A stretch of DNA of 64,000 nt from Clostridia bacterium (GCA_017626365.1 JAGAIV010000021.1:6921-70920), one strand, 5' to 3'; positions 9,273 through 19,840 are shown, counted from the first letter of the stretch. The notes: generated from the letters alone by a model not told the origin. Translations and numbers: made by a program.

Positions 9273-11783
9273 ATGAGAAAACATAATGAGAAAGCTATAA
9301 CATTAATAGCTCTTATAATTACAATTATTATATTACTAATTTTAGCAGGAATAACAGTTAGCTTAGTAGCAGGACAAGATGGAATTTTAAAACATGCAGG
9401 ACAAGCTAAAATAGAAACTGAAAAATCAGAAATAGCAGATATGTTAGCATTAGCAGTAGCCAATATAAAAGTAAAAAGTGTGGCAGAAAAGCAACCATTA
9501 TTAAGCTATTATGAAACATCAGAAGTATTTATACAAAAAGGAGAATTCGATGTAGTACAATATCCAATAACAGGATATGAGCTAAGTGAAGAACAGGATA
9601 AAGTAACATTATCTGCCAAAAAACAAGGTGGAACAGGAAGAGAATATATATACCAAATAGATATAGAAACAGGAAAAGTAACAAATATAGGAGAAGGAAC
9701 AGCGGGAGAAATACCAAAAGTAATAAGTAGAATAAATTATGTATTAAATGGAGGAAGTTTTGAACAAGAAAGTATAACTCAATATACGGAAGGAGAAACC
9801 GTAGGATTAAGTGTACCAAAAAAGACAGGAGCAGCATTTGACGGTTGGTATCAAAATGCAAGTTTTAGTGGAGAATGTATATATAGAACAACAGAAAATA
9901 TGACAGGGGATATAACAGTATATGCAAAATGGATAGAGGAAACAAATGCAGATTATTTTACATATACAACGTCAGATGGAAAAGATACAATAACAGGATT
10001 ATCTGATGCTGGAAAAACGGCATATGCAAATGGAGAAATAAATAATTTAATAATACCAAGAAAACATGGAGAAAATGATATTGTGGCAATAAAGAGCAGT
10101 GCATTTTCAAGCAGAACTACTTTAACAAGAATTGTTATACAAGATAATATAGAAACAGTGGAAGGTAGTGCATTTTCAAATTGTACAGGAATAACAGAAC
10201 TAGTTGTACCAATATCATTAAGTGTAGGAAATGCTCAATTTGTTGGTTGTACAGCGATAAAAACAGTGAAATTCACTAAAGGAACAGGAATAGGACTTGA
10301 CCATACTGGAGGTAAGTATGATGTTAATTATTGTTTAGGCACACCTTGGTATTATTCAAGAAATAGTGTAACAGAATTAGTATTTGAAGAAGGAATAACA
10401 TCAATTGGCGCAAACACATTTAATTACTGTACGGTAATACAAAATATAAGCTTTCCATGTACACTAGAAAAAATAGGAGAAAAAGCATTCTATTCTTGCA
10501 GTGGTATAACGAAAATACAATTGCCAAATGTAAAAGAAATAGGTAATTATGCTTTTAGAGGATGTAGTGGAGTTATAGAAGAATTAATATTGCCAGAACA
10601 ATTAAAGATAATAGGAGAAAATGCGTTTGAGTATTGTACAATCCCAGGAACATTAATAATACCTGACAGAATAGAACAAGTAGGGAATAATGCATTTAAT
10701 AATTGTACGAATATAGAAAAGGTCATTATTCCTGATAATGTAGAGACGATAGGAGAAAAAGCATTTAACACTTGTACGGGAATAAAAGAAGTAATTGTAC
10801 CAGTATCATTAAGTTTGGAAAATCTACAATTCATTGGTTGTACAGGAATAACAAAAATAACATTTACAAAAGGAACAGGAATCGGAGCTGATCATTCATA
10901 TGTAATGTATAATTCTAGTTATGGAATGTATACATGGGAAGCTTCAAAAAATAGTTTAAAAGAAGTAGAGTTTGAAGAAGGAATAACTTCAATTGGAGCA
11001 AAATCATTATATAATAGTACAGCATTACAAAAAGTAACTTTTCCAAGTACGCTAGAAAAAATAGGAGAAAATGCATTTTTTGGTTGTAGTGGGCTAACAA
11101 AAATACAATTGCCAGATGGAATTAAAGAAATAGGCAATTATGCTTTTAGAGGATGCAGTGGTGTTGTAGAAGAACTAGTATTGCCAAAACAGTTAAAAAA
11201 AATAGGAGAATATGCATTTTATAATTGTAAAATGAAAGGAGAAATAGTTATTCCAGATAGAATAGAACAAGTAGGAAACTATGCATTTTGTGATTGCACT
11301 AATATAGAAAAAGTTGTTATACCAGATAGTGTAGATACGATAGGAGAACGTACATTTAGCGGTTGTACGGGAATAAAAGAAGTAGTTGTACCAATATCAT
11401 TAACTTTGGAAAACTTGCAATTTATTGGTTGTACAGGGATAACAAAAATAACATTTACAAAAGGAACAGGAATTGGATCCGATCATGCATATGTAATGTA
11501 TAATTCTAATTATGGAATGTGTACTTGGGAAGCTTCAAAAAGTACTTTGAAAGAAGTAGAGTTTGAAGAAGGAATAATATCTATTGGTATAAATACATTA
11601 TATAATAGTACAGCATTAGAACAAGTAAGTCTTCCAAGTACATTAAAAACAATAGAAGAACAAGCATTTTGGAATTGCTACAACGCAACATTTAATTATA
11701 ATGGATCACAGAGTGGTTGGAATAGTAATGTAACTGTTGAAAGTGGAAATGATAAAGTAACAGAAAATCTAAATTGTAAGTAA
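9273..11783 (+). CDS. BspA-type leucine-rich-repeat surface protein with pilin-like N-terminal anchor
   Basis: N-terminus EKAITLIALIITIIILLILAGI. Repeated IPDxVExIGExAFxxCTxIxxV modules. Three ~200-aa internal repeats. Confidence 0.7.
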   Translation: MRKHNEKAITLIALIITIIILLILAGITVSLVAGQDGILKHAGQAKIETEKSEIADMLALAVANIKVKSVAEKQPLLSYYETSEVFIQKGEFDVVQYPITGYELSEEQDKVTLSAKKQGGTGREYIYQIDIETGKVTNIGEGTAGEIPKVISRINYVLNGGSFEQESITQYTEGETVGLSVPKKTGAAFDGWYQNASFSGECIYRTTENMTGDITVYAKWIEETNADYFTYTTSDGKDTITGLSDAGKTAYANGEINNLIIPRKHGENDIVAIKSSAFSSRTTLTRIVIQDNIETVEGSAFSNCTGITELVVPISLSVGNAQFVGCTAIKTVKFTKGTGIGLDHTGGKYDVNYCLGTPWYYSRNSVTELVFEEGITSIGANTFNYCTVIQNISFPCTLEKIGEKAFYSCSGITKIQLPNVKEIGNYAFRGCSGVIEELILPEQLKIIGENAFEYCTIPGTLIIPDRIEQVGNNAFNNCTNIEKVIIPDNVETIGEKAFNTCTGIKEVIVPVSLSLENLQFIGCTGITKITFTKGTGIGADHSYVMYNSSYGMYTWEASKNSLKEVEFEEGITSIGAKSLYNSTALQKVTFPSTLEKIGENAFFGCSGLTKIQLPDGIKEIGNYAFRGCSGVVEELVLPKQLKKIGEYAFYNCKMKGEIVIPDRIEQVGNYAFCDCTNIEKVVIPDSVDTIGERTFSGCTGIKEVVVPISLTLENLQFIGCTGITKITFTKGTGIGSDHAYVMYNSNYGMCTWEASKSTLKEVEFEEGIISIGINTLYNSTALEQVSLPSTLKTIEEQAFWNCYNATFNYNGSQSGWNSNVTVESGNDKVTENLNCK

Positions 11784-11792
11784 TGATAAATA

Positions 11793-11818
11793 AACAGATA
11801 GGGATATCCTATCTGTTT
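11793..11818. terminator. Bidirectional hairpin AACAGATAGG-gatat-CCTATCTGTT
   Basis: Lies between convergent genes. Confidence 0.6.
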
Positions 11819-13205
11819 ATTTGCTTAATTCATATATTGCACGAGCATAAATATTGGTTGCTAAAATTAAATTATCAATCGAAATAAATTCGTCCACTTG
11901 GTGGCACATATCTTTATCTCCAGGCATATTAGCACCAAATGAAACAAAATTTGGAAAAGCTCTTGCATAAGTTGCACCACCTATAGCAATAGGGGTAGAG
12001 TCTAAGCCAGTTACTTCATGAAATACATTGCAAAGTGTTTTGATTAGCCAATTTTCTTTTGAAAGATAGAGTGGTTCTTTTTCACCAGAAAAGTTTATGC
12101 TAATTGAATGAGGCAAAGAAGAGGTTATTTTTTCTTTTATTGTTTTAATGCTAGTATGAATTGGAATTCTTAAATTAATGCCAATTACCAGATTAGAATC
12201 TTTTAAATCAAACTGTGCTACATTTAAAGTAAGCAATCCAGATTCATCTATTATATGAATTCCTAAGCTTTCTCCATTATATTTTAAACCGATTGCTTTG
12301 CAAAAATAATCGAAAAGTTCATTACGAATCAAATATATTTCAAAAAATTCATGCAATGTGATAATTGCTTGTGAAATTGCATTTTTCCCTAATTCTGGAT
12401 GGGCAGAATGTGCACTTATTCCATAAGAGGTTAGAATGATATTACTATTTTCTTTTGCTATACTAATATCAAAATGATTACGTTCCACAATTTCTTTTAA
12501 ATTGTGAATACACTCATCAATAGAAAGACTACTATCCACAGATAAAGTGATTTTACAATATTTTGGAACAACATTGATGGCATTATTGTTACAATCAATA
12601 TCAATGATTTTTATTTTATTTTCATTATGATAAGGTGCTGACAAATAAGCAGATAACAATCCTTTCTCAGCATAAATACAAGGAAAATCAGCATCTGGAC
12701 TAAAGCCAAAAGAAGGTATTTCTTCTTTTTCTTTATAATGTTCAATGCATTTCCAATCATTTTCTTCATTTAAACCTAAAATAAGGCGAACTCTTTTATT
12801 TACTTTGCAAGTATCCATCACTATCTTCATAGCATAAAGGCTAGCAATAACAGGACCTTTATCATCAATTGCACCACGTCCGTACATTTTGCCATCTGCA
12901 ATAGTAGCCGAAAATGGGGGATAAGTCCAGTTTTCTCCTTCAGGCACAACATCTAAATGCCCAATAATACCTATCAATTCATTTCCTTTGCCAAATTCAA
13001 TATATCCACAATAGCCATCAATATTCTTTGTACGAAAACCTAAATGATTTCCTAAATCTAATATATACTCCAATGCTTTATTACAATTCTCTCCAAATGG
13101 CATTTGAGGATTGGTAGACTTAGATAGAATACTTTGAAATTTGATTAAATTACATGTGGAAGCAATAATGTCATTTTTTAATAAATCAATATTTTTACTA
13201 AACAT
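11817..13205 (-). CDS. M20-family dipeptidase (PepV/Sapep-like)
   Basis: GHLDVVPEG...GRGAIDDKGP motifs. Confidence 0.8.
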   Translation of the reverse strand: MFSKNIDLLKNDIIASTCNLIKFQSILSKSTNPQMPFGENCNKALEYILDLGNHLGFRTKNIDGYCGYIEFGKGNELIGIIGHLDVVPEGENWTYPPFSATIADGKMYGRGAIDDKGPVIASLYAMKIVMDTCKVNKRVRLILGLNEENDWKCIEHYKEKEEIPSFGFSPDADFPCIYAEKGLLSAYLSAPYHNENKIKIIDIDCNNNAINVVPKYCKITLSVDSSLSIDECIHNLKEIVERNHFDISIAKENSNIILTSYGISAHSAHPELGKNAISQAIITLHEFFEIYLIRNELFDYFCKAIGLKYNGESLGIHIIDESGLLTLNVAQFDLKDSNLVIGINLRIPIHTSIKTIKEKITSSLPHSISINFSGEKEPLYLSKENWLIKTLCNVFHEVTGLDSTPIAIGGATYARAFPNFVSFGANMPGDKDMCHQVDEFISIDNLILATNIYARAIYELSK

Positions 13206-13302
13206 AGAATTCTCCTTTCAATGGTAATATTATATGAATAAAAATAAAAAATATCAATAGAAAAGTTCCCGTCATCAAAATACGAATCAGGGAACTGGAG
13301 AA

Positions 13303-13656
13303 TTATAAAACTTCAAAATTTACTCCTAAAGAATTTGCAAATGACAAGATTTTGTCAATGCGAGGAGAAGATACTTCAAACACCAAACTATTCATTTCAA
13401 TAGCAAGGTGCAAGTTAGCCTGTAAGGCTACTGAATAGTTTAATGTAGCAATCATAGGATCAAGTTTATCTTTTTTTGAGGCACAGGCATAAATATTAGT
13501 CTGTAACCCATTACAGGTTTTTAAATAAAGTTTATGTCCGCTCTTAAAACAGAATATAAAGCTTTTACCCTCTGAAGAAAGCCGATGTGTTTCTCCAATA
13601 AAAAGAAATAAGTTTTCAGTTTGTTTTGAGAGTTCAATCTTTAACTTTAAAACCAT
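13303..13656 (-). CDS. Hypothetical protein (117 aa); contains an in-frame CGG (13582-13584 on the minus strand) read as Arg without a frame break
   Basis: Strong RBS aaggagga. ORF stays open 92 codons past the CGG. Confidence 0.5.
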   Translation of the reverse strand: MVLKLKIELSKQTENLFLFIGETHRLSSEGKSFIFCFKSGHKLYLKTCNGLQTNIYACASKKDKLDPMIATLNYSVALQANLHLAIEMNSLVFEVSSPRIDKILSFANSLGVNFEVL

Positions 13657-13896
13657 TTTGGTTTTCCTCCTTTTTATATGTCCTTTATTGGTTTTATGTA
13701 ATTAATTATACCATAAAAAGTGCAAAAATACAAATTCAAACGAGATAATATACATAAAACTTGAAAAATGTAAACTTATATGATAAAATAGTGTTATCCA
13801 ATGTGAAAAAAACTATTCTATTTATAAGGAGGGTTGAAAAAACAAGTAAGTAAAGTAACTATTAACAATGCATAAAGACTAAAGGAGGAAAACAGA

Positions 13897-16047
13897 ATGG
13901 TCACAATTTTATGCGTATTTGCAGTAACATTAGCATTATGTTATGCTGCATTCAATTATCACAAGGTAAGAATCTTAAAAGAAGGAACCAAGGAAATGAA
14001 AGAGATTGCGCAAGCAATCCGGATAGGCGCTAATGCCTTTATTTTACATGAGTACAAAGTACTCATAACTATTTCAGCATTAATATCACTTATGTTGGGA
14101 ATATTTATTTCCTATTCTACAGGCATTGCATGTGCGATTGGTGTAATTATGAGTGCAAGTGCTGGCTGGATTGGAATGAAGATTGCGACGTACAGCAATG
14201 TAAGAGTTACCAATACTGCAAGAAAAACTGGCAAGATTCCTGAAACAGTGCATGTTGCATTAAAAGGCGCATCTGTTATGGGATTATGCGTTGCTGCTTT
14301 TTCTATCTTGGGGTTGACGATTGTATGCGGATTATTTAGCTATCAATTAGATACTTTGGAAATGATAGAAAACTGGGCAGGTTTCACATTTGTACCTTTC
14401 ATAATGACAGTATCAGGTTATGCACTGGGATGTTCCATTGTTGCTATGTTTGACCGTGTTGGTGGCGGTATTTATACAAAAGCTGCAGACATGGGAGCTG
14501 ACTTGGTTGGTAAAAACGAAGAAGATATTCCGGAAGATGATCCAAGGAATCCTGCAACAATTGCAGATAATGTTGGTGACAATGTTGGCGATGTAGCGGG
14601 ACTTGGTTCTGACCTATTGGAAAGTAATGTTGGAGCAATCGTATCAGCAATGATGCTCGGTATATACTCATTCATAAATGTTATGATAAATGTAGGAGAC
14701 ATTTCATCCAAGCATTTAAAAACATTATGTATGTATCCAGTAGGTATTGCAGCATTAGGATTAATTTCCTGTGTAATTGGCTTGTTTGTTGTTTTGAACA
14801 GACCTATGAGTGATAATCCACACAGGGACTTGAACAGAGCAACATTGGTTTCAGCACTTTTAACAGCAATAACCACAGGAATCTTTACATTAACCATTTT
14901 TAAAGATATTGATCATTCGTTGTTTGGATTTAACTTTGGATCGATATCTGTGTGGATGGCAGCCGTTATGGGAGTAGTAAGTGGTATTATAATAGGGAGG
15001 ATATCAGAATACTATACAAGTTATGATTATGCTCCTACGAAAAGAATTTCTATTGCATGTAAAGAAGGTGCTGCAATAACCATAACAGAAGGATTAGCAG
15101 TAGGAATGAAATCATGTCTTGCATCATTATGCGTTTTAGGTATAGCATTGCTTGTTGCATATATGAGTGCCGGAATGTATGGAGTTTCTATAGCAGCTGT
15201 CGGAATGTTATCATTTGTTGCAACTACCGTTTCAGTAGATACTTATGGCCCTATATCAGACAATGCAGGTGGAATTGCAGAAATGTCACACCTTGATCCG
15301 AGTGTTAGAAGTATAACGGACAAGTTAGACGCAGTAGGAAATACAACAGCGGCAATCGGAAAGGGATTTGCAATAGGTTCTGCATCTTTTGCGGCACTTA
15401 GCTTAATGGTATGCTATTTATACTCATACAAGCCGTTAGGAGAAAATCTTTTCCTGGATTTATTAAATCCTCTGGTATTAGTTGGTATATTGATTGGTGG
15501 GTCATTGCCGTTCTATTTTTCGGGAATGCTAATCAAAGCAGTATCAAATGCAGCAAAAGGAATGGTGAAAGAGGTAAGGCGGCAGTTTAGAGAAATTGTC
15601 GGACTCCGTGAAGGAACTGCAAAGCCGGATTACAAGAGCTGTATTGAAATTTCTTCTCGTGCATCAATAAAAGAAATGAAAGCTCCGGCATTGTTAGCAG
15701 TATTTCTACCTGTGGTAGGTGGATTTTTGTTTGGACCTGAATTTGTAGCAGGTATACTGATTGGTGGTATTCTTTCAGCTATTATGCTTGCTATTTTCTG
15801 CGGAAATGCAGGAGGTGCTTGGGACAATGCTAAGAAGTTCATTGAAATAGATGGAATTCCTGGCGAAGAAAAAGGTTCAGAAGCACACCATGCAGCAGTA
15901 GTAGGAGATACAGTAGGAGATCCATTAAAAGATACGGTTGGACCTTCTTTGGACATTCTTATTAAAATAATGTCTACTGTGTCACTCATTACAGTTTGTA
16001 TTTTCAGTAAATTCAACTTACTTGATTGGATTAAGAGTCTTTTATAA
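13897..16047 (+). CDS. hppA: Membrane-bound proton-translocating pyrophosphatase (V-PPase)
   Basis: GGGIYTKAADMGADLVGK, DNVGDNVGDVAG and EVRRQFREI motifs. Two in-frame CGG Arg codons, at 14020 and 15580, lie in conserved positions. Confidence 0.9.
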   Translation: MVTILCVFAVTLALCYAAFNYHKVRILKEGTKEMKEIAQAIRIGANAFILHEYKVLITISALISLMLGIFISYSTGIACAIGVIMSASAGWIGMKIATYSNVRVTNTARKTGKIPETVHVALKGASVMGLCVAAFSILGLTIVCGLFSYQLDTLEMIENWAGFTFVPFIMTVSGYALGCSIVAMFDRVGGGIYTKAADMGADLVGKNEEDIPEDDPRNPATIADNVGDNVGDVAGLGSDLLESNVGAIVSAMMLGIYSFINVMINVGDISSKHLKTLCMYPVGIAALGLISCVIGLFVVLNRPMSDNPHRDLNRATLVSALLTAITTGIFTLTIFKDIDHSLFGFNFGSISVWMAAVMGVVSGIIIGRISEYYTSYDYAPTKRISIACKEGAAITITEGLAVGMKSCLASLCVLGIALLVAYMSAGMYGVSIAAVGMLSFVATTVSVDTYGPISDNAGGIAEMSHLDPSVRSITDKLDAVGNTTAAIGKGFAIGSASFAALSLMVCYLYSYKPLGENLFLDLLNPLVLVGILIGGSLPFYFSGMLIKAVSNAAKGMVKEVRRQFREIVGLREGTAKPDYKSCIEISSRASIKEMKAPALLAVFLPVVGGFLFGPEFVAGILIGGILSAIMLAIFCGNAGGAWDNAKKFIEIDGIPGEEKGSEAHHAAVVGDTVGDPLKDTVGPSLDILIKIMSTVSLITVCIFSKFNLLDWIKSLL

Positions 16048-16062
16048 AGACTTTTTAGGGAA

Positions 16063-16095
16063 AACGGGAGCATAAGCTCTCGTTTTTCTTTTTTT
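16063..16095 (+). terminator. hppA terminator hairpin followed by a T-run
   Basis: GAAAACGGGAGC-ataa-GCTCTCGTTTTTC followed by TTTTTTT. Confidence 0.6.
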
Positions 16096-16127
16096 ACAAA
16101 AAAATGACAAAATTGGAAAAATTCTAT

Positions 16128-16156
16128 TGACATACGTCTTTAAGCGTTATATAATA
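16128..16156 (+). promoter_or_regulatory. Consensus sigma-A promoter TTGACA-N17-TATAAT, followed by a ~215-nt structured leader of the S10 operon
   Basis: ttgacatacgtctttaagcgttatataat. The leader (16160-16377) is GC-richer than its surroundings. Confidence 0.6.
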
Positions 16157-16377
16157 GATAAGCATGTAGATTTGCGATGAAGTGGAATGTGGCTACGTCC
16201 GTAAGGATGGAGGGAACTTTCATGGAGTATGTCTTGGCTTAGACCGGGCGGTAAGTATGCACTTATCCCAAGGAAAATCATGCAATAACTTGGGTTTTTA
16301 TATGGTGATAAAAGAAACACCAGGGTGCGTTTAAAACTTGCCAAGGTACATTTATATTTTAAGGAGGGAAAATACTT

Positions 16378-16707
16378 ATGGCAACAACAAAACAAATGGT
16401 AGGAAGCGAGAAAATCAGAATAAGATTAAAAGCTTATGATCACGTTGTTTTAGATCAGTCTGCTGAAAAAATAGTAGATACTGCTAAAAGAACAGGAGCT
16501 AAAGTTTCAGGTCCTATTCCATTACCTACACAAAAAGAAGTTGTAACAATTTTACGTTGTCCTCACAAATACAAAGATTCAAGAGAACAATTTGAAATGA
16601 GAACACATAAAAGAGTTATTGATATTCTTTACCCAACACAAAAAACAGTTGATACTTTAATGAAATTAGAATTACCAGCTGGTGTTGAAATAGAAATCAA
16701 ATTATAA
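16378..16707 (+). CDS. rpsJ: 30S ribosomal protein S10
   Basis: [22 protein letters not shown]...[11 protein letters not shown]. Confidence 0.95.
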   Translation: MATTKQMVGSEKIRIRLKAYDHVVLDQSAEKIVDTAKRTGAKVSGPIPLPTQKEVVTILRCPHKYKDSREQFEMRTHKRVIDILYPTQKTVDTLMKLELPAGVEIEIKL

Positions 16708-16714
16708 GAAAATT

Positions 16715-16805
16715 AGGCGTTAGCAAAATCAAAGATTTTGACGCCACAATGCACAAAATGCTTCGCATTTGCGCAGAATCAAGGTGAATTAACCTTGTTA
16801 CATTG
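16715..16805 (+). ncRNA. Structured intergenic element, copy A. A second copy lies at 32644-32735.
   Basis: Hairpins GGCGTtaGCAAAATC/GATTTTGaCGCC and CAAGGTgaattaACCTTG. About 80% identical to copy B, with compensatory changes. Confidence 0.5.
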
Positions 16806-16886
16806 CAAAAATCTAACGATTTTCACAATGTAATAGTAAACAAAACCAAGCTGACAAAGTCAGCCAATAGTTAGGAGGAAATTTTA

Positions 16887-17516
16887 ATGAAAGCAATTAT
16901 CGGAAAGAAAATTGGTATGACACAAATTTTCGATGAAAAAGGAACTGTTATTCCAGTAACAGCAATCCAAGCAGGACCTTGTGTAGTATCACAAGTTAAA
17001 ACAAACGAAACAGACGGATACACAGCCGTACAATTAGGTTTCGGAGAAGTAAAAGAAAAACATATGAACAAACCAGCAAAAGGACATTTTGCAAAAGCAG
17101 GAATCCAAAACAAAAAACATTTAAGAGAATTTAGAGTAGATTCAGTTGATGTTAAAGTTGGAGACGAAGTAAAAGCTGATGTATTTGTAGCTGGAGAAAA
17201 AATAGATGTTCAAGGAACAACAAAAGGAAAAGGATTCCAAGGTGTTATTAAACGTCATGGACAATCAAGAGGACCAATGGGACATGGTTCTATGTATCAT
17301 AGAAGACCAGGTTCAATGGGACCAACTTCAACTCCAGGTAGAGTATTTAAAGGTAAAAAACTTCCAGGACATATGGGAGTTCAAACTGTTACAATACAAA
17401 ACTTAGATGTTGTAAGAGTAGATTTAGATAAAAACGTAATTTTAGTAAAAGGTAGTGTTCCAGGAGCAAAAGGATCATTACTAAAAATTAGAGCAACTGT
17501 AAAAGCTGCTAAATAG
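16887..17516 (+). CDS. rplC: 50S ribosomal protein L3
   Basis: Conserved L3 sequence and operon order. Confidence 0.95.
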   Translation: MKAIIGKKIGMTQIFDEKGTVIPVTAIQAGPCVVSQVKTNETDGYTAVQLGFGEVKEKHMNKPAKGHFAKAGIQNKKHLREFRVDSVDVKVGDEVKADVFVAGEKIDVQGTTKGKGFQGVIKRHGQSRGPMGHGSMYHRRPGSMGPTSTPGRVFKGKKLPGHMGVQTVTIQNLDVVRVDLDKNVILVKGSVPGAKGSLLKIRATVKAAK

Positions 17517-17536
17517 AAAGGAAGGAGGATTAGAAA

Positions 17537-18160
17537 ATGCCTAAAGTAGATGTATATAATATAGAAGGTAAAAAGGTTAGCGATGTTGAATTAAAAGAAG
17601 AAGTTTTTGGTATTGAACCAAATGAAGCAATTGTACATAGTGTACTTGTAAATTATTTAGCTAACCAAAGACAAGGTACACAAAGCACCAAAACAAGATC
17701 TGAAGTATCTGGTGGTGGTAAAAAACCTTGGAGACAAAAAGGAACAGGTAGAGCAAGACAAGGTAGTATTCGTGCTCCTCATTGGGTAGGTGGAGGTATT
17801 GCCTTAGGTCCAAAACCACGTTCATACAAATATAGAGTAAATAAAAAAGAAAGAAGATTAGCAATTCGTTCTGTTCTAAGTTCTAAAGTATTAGAAAAAG
17901 AATTAGTTGTTGTAGACAAAATTGATTTTAAAGAAATCAAAACAAAAAATATGGTTAATGCATTAACAAACTTAAAAGTTGAAGGAAAAGCATTAATTGT
18001 ATTACCAGAAAAAAATGAAAACGTACAAAAATCAGCAAGAAATATTGAAGGAGTTAAAACAAGTTTAGTAAATACAATAAATGTATATGATTTATTAAAA
18101 TACAAAAACTTAGTAATTACTCTAGATACTGTTAAAAAATTAGAGGAGGTGTACGCATAA
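17537..18160 (+). CDS. rplD: 50S ribosomal protein L4
   Basis: Conserved L4 sequence and operon order. Confidence 0.95.
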   Translation: MPKVDVYNIEGKKVSDVELKEEVFGIEPNEAIVHSVLVNYLANQRQGTQSTKTRSEVSGGGKKPWRQKGTGRARQGSIRAPHWVGGGIALGPKPRSYKYRVNKKERRLAIRSVLSSKVLEKELVVVDKIDFKEIKTKNMVNALTNLKVEGKALIVLPEKNENVQKSARNIEGVKTSLVNTINVYDLLKYKNLVITLDTVKKLEEVYA

Positions 18161-18507
18161 TGAGACCAGAAGATATCATTATCAAACCTATTATTACAGA
18201 AAAAAGTAATGATGGATTACAAGCTGGAAAGTATACCTTTAAAGTAAACAAAAAAGCAACAAAAGTTGATATAGCAAGAGCTGTTGAAAAACTTTTTGAT
18301 GTTAAAGTTATTAATGTAAACACAGTTACTGTTAAAGGAAAAGAAAAAAGAGTAGGAGTTCACACTGGAAAAACAGCTGATTGGAAAAAAGCAATTGTTA
18401 CAATCGATACAAATCCAGGTGATGTTAAATACCTTGCAAAAGGTGGAAAAGAGACAAAAGTTTCTAAAAAATATAAAGATTCTATTGAAGAATTTATGGG
18501 TGCATAA
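18160..18507 (+). CDS. rplW: 50S ribosomal protein L23, with a ~20-aa C-terminal extension
   Basis: KYTFKV...AIVT core, followed by DTNPGDVKYLAKGGKETKVSKKYKDSIEEFMGA. Confidence 0.9.
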   Translation: MRPEDIIIKPIITEKSNDGLQAGKYTFKVNKKATKVDIARAVEKLFDVKVINVNTVTVKGKEKRVGVHTGKTADWKKAIVTIDTNPGDVKYLAKGGKETKVSKKYKDSIEEFMGA

Positions 18508-18569
18508 TCACCAAAAAATATCTGGAAAATAACCAGGAAAATAAATAGTTAAAAGGAGAGAAATAAAAA

Positions 18570-19397
18570 ATGGGAATGAAACATTTTAATGCCTATACTC
18601 CATCAAGAAGAAACATGACAGTTTCTACTTATGAAGAAATTACAAAAAAGACTCCTGAAAAATCTTTACTTGCAAAAAAGAAAGAAAAAGCAGGAAGAAA
18701 CTCATATGGTAGAATTACCGTTCGTCACCAAGGTGGAGGAAATAGACAAAAATACAGAATAATCGATTTTAAACGTAATAAAGACGATATGGTAGCTACT
18801 GTTATCGGTATCGAATATGATCCAAACAGAAGTGCAAATATCGCATTAGTAGAATATGAAGATGGAGAAAGAAGATATATCTTAGCTCCAGTTGGATTAA
18901 CAGATGGAGACAAAGTAGTATCAGGAGCAAAAGCTGATATTAAACCAGGAAACTGTATGCCAATCGAAAGCATTCCAGTTGGTACATTAATTCATAATAT
19001 CGAATTAAATCCAGGTCAAGGTGGAAAAATGGTAAGAAGTGCAGGACAAAGTGCACAACTTATGGCAAAAGAAGGAAAATATGCTCACGTAAGATTACCT
19101 TCTGGAGAAATGAGATTAGTTATGACAAGATGTAGAGCAACAATAGGAACTGTTGGAAACACAGATCATGAAAATGTAAAATTAGGTAAAGCTGGAAGAA
19201 CAAGACATATGGGAATTCGCCCTACCGTTAGAGGTTCTGTAATGAACCCAGTAGATCACCCACATGGTGGTGGTGAAGGTAGAGCACCAGTTGGACGTCC
19301 AGGACCACTTACTCCTTGGGGTAAACCAGCTCTTGGATACAAAACAAGAAAGAAAAATAAACTTTCTAACAAATTTATTGTTAAGAGAAGAAAATAA
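18570..19397 (+). CDS. rplB: 50S ribosomal protein L2
   Basis: Conserved L2 sequence. Confidence 0.95.
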   Translation: MGMKHFNAYTPSRRNMTVSTYEEITKKTPEKSLLAKKKEKAGRNSYGRITVRHQGGGNRQKYRIIDFKRNKDDMVATVIGIEYDPNRSANIALVEYEDGERRYILAPVGLTDGDKVVSGAKADIKPGNCMPIESIPVGTLIHNIELNPGQGGKMVRSAGQSAQLMAKEGKYAHVRLPSGEMRLVMTRCRATIGTVGNTDHENVKLGKAGRTRHMGIRPTVRGSVMNPVDHPHGGGEGRAPVGRPGPLTPWGKPALGYKTRKKNKLSNKFIVKRRK

Positions 19398-19510
19398 AAA
19401 GTTAGCTGTTAGCGGGTAAGAAAGTATTACAGATAACTTTGTCAACCGAAAGGATTGAGGTTGACTACCTATAATGAAAAAACTCTTAGAAGAAAAGGAG
19501 GAAAAATTTA

Positions 19511-19792
19511 ATGTCAAGATCAAGCAAGAAAATACCATTTGTTGCACCTGAACTTTTAAAAAGAATAGAAGCAATGAATGAAACAGGAAAAAAAGAAGTT
19601 CTTAAAACATGGTCAAGAGCATCTACAATATATCCACAATTTGTTGGACACACAATTGCTGTTCATGATGGAAGAAAACACGTGCCAATCTATATTACAG
19701 AAGAAATGATTGGACATAAATTAGGTGAATTCGCACCTACAAGAACATTTAAAGGTCATGCTGGAGAAAAAGCATCAAATGTTAAAAAATAA
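19511..19792 (+). CDS. rpsS: 30S ribosomal protein S19
   Basis: Conserved S19 sequence. Confidence 0.95.
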   Translation: MSRSSKKIPFVAPELLKRIEAMNETGKKEVLKTWSRASTIYPQFVGHTIAVHDGRKHVPIYITEEMIGHKLGEFAPTRTFKGHAGEKASNVKK

Positions 19793-19840
19793 TGAGTTTG
19801 TAGAATACAAAGCTTACAAATAAAAAGGAGGGAATCTAAA

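Noticed and set aside
13582-13584. In-frame CGG in the minus-strand hypothetical gene as another +1 site
   Set aside because: The +1 frame terminates after 19 codons, while frame 0 continues cleanly for 92 codons. I treat it as an ordinary Arg codon. The two hppA CGGs and the one at 48540 are the same.
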